Source of the DNA: Acidimicrobiales bacterium | Lineage (GTDB): Bacteria > Actinomycetota > Acidimicrobiia > Acidimicrobiales > RAAP-2 | Length of the DNA: 64,000 bases | Assembly (NCBI GenBank): GCA_049793015.1 | Contig: JBARBL010000104.1 | Coordinates: forward strand, 8,246-72,245 | Direction of reading: 5' to 3' | Shown here: one piece after another, positions 58,039 through 64,000 of the stretch | How positions within the stretch are numbered: position 1 is the stretch's first letter | Layout: every line of letters starts with the position of its first letter | Notes under the pieces: generated by a model | What the model saw: the letters and a program-made list of their open reading frames with translations, nothing else | The model's database searches: none | Told to the model about the DNA's origin: nothing | Program-made: the position numbers and the translations under genes

Positions 58039-58310
58039 TCAGCCGCCGGCCACGGCGGGCACCAGCGAGACCGTCTGGCCGGCCTCGAGGACCGTGTCCA
58101 GGCCCTGGAGGAACCGGACATCCTCGTCGGCCACGAAGATGTTCACGAAGCGGCGAAGCGCCCCGTGGTCGTCCAGGACTCGAAAGGCGATGCCCGGATA
58201 GGCCACGTCGACCGCCACGATGGCGTCGCGCACCGTCGCGGCCTCGACCGGAACCTCGCCCGCCCCCCCGACCAGGGAGCGCAGCTGGCTGGGCAGTCGC
58301 ACGATCACGC

Positions 58311-58314
<4 letters not shown>
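58039..58314 (-). CDS. MoaD/ThiS-family sulfur-carrier protein ending in Gly-Gly (CysO/MetO-like)
   Basis: GTG at 58314 forms a GTGA overlap with the upstream stop. 91 aa: VSVIVRLPSQLRSLVGGAGEVPVEA...GQTVSLVPAVAGG-stop. Beta-grasp length with a free GG terminus. Confidence 0.75.
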
Positions 58315-59558
<1,244 letters not shown>

Positions 59559-59568
59559 AACTCCCTCT

Positions 59569-59670
59569 TCATCGTTCGGGCTTTGGCACCTGGTGTGATG
59601 AGAGGGTCGCTCTTTGATCACACTGGTTGTCGCGACTTCAACGGGCCCGTCCCTCAGTCGCTCTGGATGA
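59569..59670 (-). promoter_or_regulatory. SAM riboswitch, SAM-I clan (P4-less, SAM-I/IV-like)
   Basis: Minus-strand RNA: UCAUCCAGAGCGACUGAGGGACGGGCCCGUUGAAGUCGCGACAACCAG...CCAGGUGCCAAAGCCCGAACGAUGA. It has P1 UCAUC/GAUGA, AGAG, P2 CGACU/AGUCG enclosing GAGGGAC-GGCCCG-UGAA, CAACC and GGUGCCAA, all S-box core signatures. The Shine-Dalgarno sequence follows immediately. Confidence 0.75.
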
Positions 59671-59677
59671 TCTGACA

Positions 59678-59706
59678 ATTCTGACGGTTCACTGACAATT
59701 TGTCAA
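59678..59706 (-). promoter_or_regulatory. putative promoter of the riboswitch operon
   Basis: Minus strand reads TTGACA (59706-59701), 17 nt, then CAGAAT (59683-59678). The riboswitch P1 starts 8 nt downstream. Confidence 0.4.
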
Positions 59707-59742
59707 GTGCGCGTTCGCGGCGAGGACCCTTAACCTCTCCTG

Positions 59743-60519
59743 ATGGCCCACCACGACACACCCTGGACCCTCGCGGCCGAGGACTTCGACCTGGCCAGCG
59801 TGATCGCCAAGGCCGCGTCGACGACCATCACGGTCATCATCCCGGCCAAGAACGAAGCCGCCACCATCGGCCTGGTGATCGACGCCGTCAACCACCACCC
59901 CGGTCTGGTTAGCCAGCTGCTCGTGGTGAACGACCACTCCAATGACGACACCGCCGTCGTCGCGAAACGCCACGAGGCCCGGGTCATCACCCTCGACGGT
60001 CCGAGCGGCAAGGGCGAGGCCATGAGCGCGGGCCTGGAGCAAGCCACGTCGGACCTGATCGTCTTCCTCGACGCCGACGTGCTCAACACGACCACGGACT
60101 TCGTGCCGCGCCTGGTCCAGCCGCTGCTCGAACGCCCCGACATCCAGCTGGTGAAGGGGTACTACGAGCGGCCGCTGCACAACATGCCCACCGGGGGCGG
60201 ACGGGTCAACGAGCTGGCGGCCCGGCCGATCCTCTCGCTGCTCTATCCCGGACTCGGCGAGATACGCCAGCCCCTCGCCGGTGAAACGGCGGGCCGGCGA
60301 AGCGCCTTCGAGGAGATCACCCTGGAGCCGGCCTACGGCGTGGAGATTGCGCTGCTCATCGACGTCGCCCGGCGCTTTGGCGTGCAGAGCGTGGCTCAGG
60401 TCGATCTCGGCGTTCGACGGCATCGCAACCGTCCGCTCGAAGAACTCCGCACGATGGCAGTGGACGTCCTTCGTGCGGCCCTCGCGCGCCACAAGGTGCC
60501 GCTGCCTCCCCAGGCGTGA
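59743..60519 (+). CDS. gpgS: glucosyl-3-phosphoglycerate synthase (GT81)
   Basis: VIIPAKNEAATIG, the DxD motif in VFLDADV, and YYERPL...GGGRVNELAARP, typical of actinobacterial GpgS. Confidence 0.85.
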   Translation: MAHHDTPWTLAAEDFDLASVIAKAASTTITVIIPAKNEAATIGLVIDAVNHHPGLVSQLLVVNDHSNDDTAVVAKRHEARVITLDGPSGKGEAMSAGLEQATSDLIVFLDADVLNTTTDFVPRLVQPLLERPDIQLVKGYYERPLHNMPTGGGRVNELAARPILSLLYPGLGEIRQPLAGETAGRRSAFEEITLEPAYGVEIALLIDVARRFGVQSVAQVDLGVRRHRNRPLEELRTMAVDVLRAALARHKVPLPPQA

Positions 60520-61020
60520 CTACTGACGAACGCCCAAGTCGTGACCCAGGACAACGACGACGTCGTCGCCCGCCGCGCCCGCCACGACGGTCGGGTCGCG
60601 CAGGGGCTTTACGGCGGTCATCTTCACCTTGATGTCGGCCGCGATCTCGCGGGCCGCCCACACGAAACCAGCGTGGTAGTAGACGATGGTCACGCTGGTG
60701 GTCGGGCCGTTGACCTCGGGCAGCGCGTCCCAACCCAGGGTCATCAGGCGCTGCGTGTACGAACGCGCCAGTCCCGTCACCGACGTGCCGTTGGCCACCT
60801 GAACGCGCACGCGCGTCTTGGCGATGGTGGTCTGCGTGGTGGCCACGGTCGTGGTGGTGGTCGACGTCGAGGCGCCCGGGTGCGTCGTGCTGGGGGAACG
60901 CAACATCAACGTCGCCGCGCCGACGAAGAGCACCAATATCACCAGCACGACACCGAGCCCAGGCTGGTAGTGCGATCCAGAAGCGTGTGACTCGTGCTGC
61001 GGGCGGGACGACTCGGTCAT
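60520..61020 (-). CDS. LytR_C domain membrane protein
   Basis: One TM, a Thr-rich linker, then VRVQVANGTSVTGLARSYTQRL...VVVVLGHDLG (LytR C-terminal domain pattern). Confidence 0.7.
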   Translation of the reverse strand: MTESSRPQHESHASGSHYQPGLGVVLVILVLFVGAATLMLRSPSTTHPGASTSTTTTTVATTQTTIAKTRVRVQVANGTSVTGLARSYTQRLMTLGWDALPEVNGPTTSVTIVYYHAGFVWAAREIAADIKVKMTAVKPLRDPTVVAGAAGDDVVVVLGHDLGVRQ

Positions 61021-61085
61021 TGGGCTTAGCCTAGAGCGACGCGCGAGAGCCGTGCGCTGGTATTCACTAACCTTTGTACTTCCAA

Positions 61086-61159
61086 GCCGGTGTGGCGCAG
61101 TCTGGTAGCGCAGGCGATTTGTAATCGTCAGGTCGTGGGTTCGAATCCCTCCACCGGCT
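61086..61159 (+). tRNA. tRNA-Thr (anticodon UGU)
   Basis: Hand-folded, 74 nt: acceptor GCCGGUG/CACCGGC, D-arm GCGC-AGUCUGGUA-GCGC, anticodon arm GGCGA-UUUGUAA-UCGUC, T-arm GUGGG-UUCGAAU-CCCUC with one U-U mismatch. CCA is not encoded. Confidence 0.85.
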
Positions 61160-61238
61160 CCGCGTCTCGAGACGACATTTCGAGTGGCGCCGATTCAAGT
61201 GATCTACTCGACCGAGTACCGCCCTCGAACGTTGCCGC

Positions 61239-61280
61239 CACCCCACGATGGTGGGCCTTACGGCCCACCATCGTGGGGTG
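61239..61280. terminator. perfect 19-bp stem hairpin (probable terminator for the surface-protein gene and/or tRNA-Thr)
   Basis: CACCCCACGATGGTGGGCC-TTAC-GGCCCACCATCGTGGGGTG. Lies 9 nt beyond the stop at 61289. No U-tract on either strand. Confidence 0.5.
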
Positions 61281-61288
61281 TGAAGCGA

Positions 61289-63169
61289 TCAAGCCTTCAC
61301 GAAGACCTCGACGCGTCGAAAGGCCGGGCTGGACCCCGTGACGAACGCGCCCTCCCCCGCTGAGGTGATCCTGACGTTACGAACATGCAGCACGGCCAGC
61401 TCGGCCCGCAGGAAGTTGGCGACGACATTGGCTCGACGCGCGCTGACGGCCCTCTGCGACGCCGCGGAACCTACGTCATTCGTGTAGCCGTACAGCGTCT
61501 CCACCGTGAAGTGACTGGCCCGGGAGAGCAGCGCGAGTCGCATCACTTGGATCCTCAGGTTGGCGGTCAGGCTCGCAGAGTTAATGGCGAATGAGCCGAC
61601 GGCCCCGATCAACACGTTCGGCGACGGCGTGACGAGCAGCGCGTCCCACTGCGCGTAGAGGGTGAGCGAACTGCTCAGCTGAAGAGAACCATTCTCGTTG
61701 AAGACCGATCCCGATCCGTTGGCCAGCGTGTTCCAACTCGCGAAGGCGTGCCCCGCATACGTGAGGCCAATCCCACCCGGCAGCGTCATCGACGTGCCGC
61801 CGGGTCCGCTTAGGGCGGTCACGCTTCCACTGCCGCCATTGGCCACGAAGCTGATCGTGTAGACGGGCATCTTCGTCCACTGGGCGTAGAGGGTGAGCGA
61901 CGAGGACAGAGTGATGATGCTCGCGCTCGCGTAGTTCGAGCCGATGGCCTGCGCACTCGCATTCCAACCCGCGAAAGTGAAACCGGGATAAGTCAGGGCG
62001 TCAGCCGTGGGCAAGGTGAATGACGTGCCGTCACTCCCAGTAACCGAGGCGATCGTGCCCGTCGCTCCATTTGGCGCGAAGGACACCGTGCTCATCGCTG
62101 CGGCTGGTACCAACGTCCATTGCGCGTAGAGCGTTTCGCTTGACGTCGGCACAAAAGTAGCGTTGCCCGCGTAAGAGGTTCCTGAACCATCGACGCTGGT
62201 GTTCCAGCTGCCAAAGACGTGGCCCACAAATTGCGGGGTGACGAGGGTTAACGCACTCGCACCCACGGTGTAGTTCGCAGAGACTGGCGAGACGGTGCCT
62301 CCGGCCGCGTCATAGGACAACGTGAAGACGTCGGGCGTCCATTGCGCGTAGAGGGTTAAGGATGCCTCCGGCGTATAGAGCGACCCTGCCGCATATGAAG
62401 ATCCTGACCCGTCGGCGACCGTGTTCCAGTCCGCGAAAGCATGCCCGATGAAAGTCGGGGTAGGCAACGTCAACGCCGACGTTCCGAAGGGGAAGATCAC
62501 GGTCGCAGGTGAGACGCTGCCGCCCTGAACGTCGTAGGTCAGGGTATACACCATCGTGGACCACTGTGCGTAAAGGGTCACGTTCGCCACCGGCGTGTAC
62601 GGCGACCCCGCTGAATACGAGGTACCAGATCCGTCAGCCGCGGTGTTCCATCCAAGGAATGTATTACCCGTTAACGTCGGAGTGGCGAGAGTCAACGGCG
62701 TCGTGCCAACCGTATAGTTCACCGAAGGCGGAGTGACAGTTCCACCACCCGCTACGTATGTCACGTCATACACGTTCGGCGCCCACTGTGCGTAAAGTGA
62801 GATATTGCTGTCAAAGCCATACATTGCTCCATCGGCGAAATATTGGCTTTCGGCGAGAGGGGTGGATGTAGTGCTCCAATCAGAAAACGTATAACCGGGA
62901 TTCTCGAATGCAGGACTGATCGAGGCAAAAGATTTTAGATACGACAAGCTGTTGGCGGTCTGAGTCACATACGTCTGATCTGTCGAAGAATCATTTTGAA
63001 AAAATGAGGCAGTATTGAAAGGCGGTGTGGTTCCTGATGCCAAAGAAGGTATCGCTCCCAACGAAATAACGGCGACAATGAACATCGCAATGAAGCTGCA
63101 CAACAATGGTTTCAGTTTGTAAAGAATTCCAGCCGTCGACGAAACTACAGGACTTGATGATTGGCGCAT
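61289..63169 (-). CDS. cell-surface protein: signal/TM, six Listeria-Bacteroides (Flg_new/InlB B-repeat-like) repeats, OmpA-like C-terminal domain
   Basis: ATG at 63169 preceded by AAGGAAAA. Six modules each end in LYAQW and contain (F/L)xGWNTxxDGSGxxY. The C-terminus YGYTNDVGSAASQRAVSARRANVVANFL...RRVEVFV resembles the OmpA_C peptidoglycan-binding motif. Confidence 0.8.
   Translation of the reverse strand: MRQSSSPVVSSTAGILYKLKPLLCSFIAMFIVAVISLGAIPSLASGTTPPFNTASFFQNDSSTDQTYVTQTANSLSYLKSFASISPAFENPGYTFSDWSTTSTPLAESQYFADGAMYGFDSNISLYAQWAPNVYDVTYVAGGGTVTPPSVNYTVGTTPLTLATPTLTGNTFLGWNTAADGSGTSYSAGSPYTPVANVTLYAQWSTMVYTLTYDVQGGSVSPATVIFPFGTSALTLPTPTFIGHAFADWNTVADGSGSSYAAGSLYTPEASLTLYAQWTPDVFTLSYDAAGGTVSPVSANYTVGASALTLVTPQFVGHVFGSWNTSVDGSGTSYAGNATFVPTSSETLYAQWTLVPAAAMSTVSFAPNGATGTIASVTGSDGTSFTLPTADALTYPGFTFAGWNASAQAIGSNYASASIITLSSSLTLYAQWTKMPVYTISFVANGGSGSVTALSGPGGTSMTLPGGIGLTYAGHAFASWNTLANGSGSVFNENGSLQLSSSLTLYAQWDALLVTPSPNVLIGAVGSFAINSASLTANLRIQVMRLALLSRASHFTVETLYGYTNDVGSAASQRAVSARRANVVANFLRAELAVLHVRNVRITSAGEGAFVTGSSPAFRRVEVFVKA
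61646..63007 (-). repeat. six tandem 74-80-codon coding repeats (the three best conserved occupy 62117..62782)
   Basis: Protein-level repeats were counted by hand: residues 55-129, 130-203, 204-277, 278-351, 352-431 and 432-508 of the 626-aa product. Confidence 0.8.
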
Positions 63170-63399
63170 GAGTTTTCCTTTATTTGAGTGGGAAAATGGC
63201 GCGCCTGGACACACAGCCGAACTTGAAGCAACTCATCCCCGCTTTGATTCAACGTGTCGCAGGAACGAAGCCACGTCAACAGGATGAACGACCGTCAGGG
63301 TGTTGGCAACAAAAAGCAACTACGACGAGGACACTACTCGCACAATTGGTGCGGCTTACGAAAGTCTTACTGTCGTACTAGATCAAAGATCTAGTTAGA

Positions 63400-64000
63400 T
63401 CAGCGTCGCGGCGCTCGTTGGCGAGCGACTTCGAACGCAGCAACGGAAACTGCAACGCCGGCGTTGAGAGAACTAATCTTCCCCAGCTGCGGGATTGAAA
63501 CAATTTCGGCACAACGCTTGCGCGCCAAAGTTGAAAGTCCCTTCTCTTCACCTCCCACGATCAACGCCACGGGCACCGATCCGAGATCGAGATCGTAGAT
63601 CGAATCCTTCGACTCGCCAGCGAGGCCGACCGTCAATACGCCGGCCTTGTTGAGTTGATCGATTGTCGCCGGTATTCCACCGACGTCGCAGAACGTCAAG
63701 TACTCAATGGCGCCCGCGGCGGTCTTGGTGACGGACGGAGAGATACGTGCGGCGCGATGGCGTGGCACGACGACGCCGGTCACACCCGCGCCATCGGCAC
63801 TGCGCAGCATGGCGCCCAGATTGCGAGGGTCCGTCACACCGTCACAGACCAACAGGAACGGCCGCTCGTGCTCCAGGAGCGACTCAAGGCTCACGGTCTC
63901 GAGTCGAGCCGCGATCGCCATGACACCCTGGTGTCCTTCCGTTCGGGCTTCACGATCGAGGCGGGCCATGGAAATGACCTGGATGGGCACCCGCTGGCGT
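63400..64000 (-). CDS. rlmB: 23S rRNA (guanosine-2-prime-O)-methyltransferase RlmB/TrmH family, C-terminal part (5-prime end beyond window)
   Basis: HQGVMAIA, VTDPRNLGAMLRSADGAG, IVGGEEKGLS and IPQLGKISSLNAGVAVSVAAFE (SpoU motifs). The reading frame is open to the window edge. Confidence 0.8.
   Translation of the reverse strand, partial: RQRVPIQVISMARLDREARTEGHQGVMAIAARLETVSLESLLEHERPFLLVCDGVTDPRNLGAMLRSADGAGVTGVVVPRHRAARISPSVTKTAAGAIEYLTFCDVGGIPATIDQLNKAGVLTVGLAGESKDSIYDLDLGSVPVALIVGGEEKGLSTLARKRCAEIVSIPQLGKISSLNAGVAVSVAAFEVARQRAPRR

Noticed and set aside
59559-59678. 40-codon N-terminal extension of the ThrC-like ORF (tracked start 59678)
   Set aside because: The extension is the SAM riboswitch aptamer itself. 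ATG 59558 has a GAGGGAG Shine-Dalgarno sequence and begins the conserved zinc-ribbon.
59690-59700. TTGTCAGTG resembles the actinobacterial PafBC/RecA-independent damage promoter motif (tTGTCRgtg-N8-TAnnnT)
   Set aside because: No TAnnnT hexamer lies 8 nt downstream; the sequence there is GAATTG. The downstream gene is a SAM-regulated biosynthetic operon, so the match is probably coincidental.
61090-61341. 83-aa plus-strand ORF
   Set aside because: It starts inside tRNA-Thr and runs through the terminator hairpin. Not coding.
63378-63394. Palindrome CTAGATC-AAA-GATCTAG just after the rlmB stop as a terminator
   Set aside because: It has a 7-bp AT-rich stem, a 3-nt loop and no U-tract. That is too weak to call, and it may be fortuitous in an AT-rich spacer.
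61086-63399. Integrated mobile element or genomic island at tRNA-Thr
   Set aside because: I could find no integrase, transposase or direct repeat of the tRNA 3-prime end in the region. Only the compositional anomaly remains, which is reported as a finding rather than as a mobile element.

Overview
High-GC actinobacterial-type chromosome segment. Evidence for the taxon: a LexA box (CGAAC-N4-GTTCG) before recA, CIRCE before groEL, mycothiol/DinB-type enzymes, GpgS and HemQ. It may be Acidimicrobiia-like, but that cannot be proven from this window. I call about 70 CDS, 3 tRNAs (Ser-GCU, Ser-UGA, Thr-UGU), one riboswitch, two classical operators, and a few promoters and terminators. Core blocks: rmlB/rmlA; rimO-pgsA-cinA-(serine hydrolase)-recA; a polar amino-acid ABC transporter; typA; pheA; cbs plus cystathionine gamma-lyase; groEL. 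Accessory-looking blocks: (1) at 19.3-25.9 kb, an S53 sedolisin, a large repeat-built secreted protein and an uncharacterised translationally coupled pair; (2) at 42-54 kb, a visibly lower-GC stretch of small detox/GNAT/VOC/DUF4232 genes, containing a GNAT 3-prime relic that marks a rearrangement and a MarR-like regulator with a (His-Glu)7 tail encoded by a CACGAG microsatellite; (3) next to tRNA-Thr, a low-GC surface protein with six Flg_new-type repeats and an OmpA-like end. The most interesting locus is at 58.0-59.7 kb. There a SAM-I-clan riboswitch with no obvious P4 precedes a threonine-synthase-like PLP enzyme that is translationally coupled to a GG-terminated MoaD/ThiS-like sulfur carrier. 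This is probably a protein-thiocarboxylate route to homocysteine. I saw no CRISPR array, transposase, integrase or rRNA. All domain calls come from reading motifs by eye; no database search was possible.
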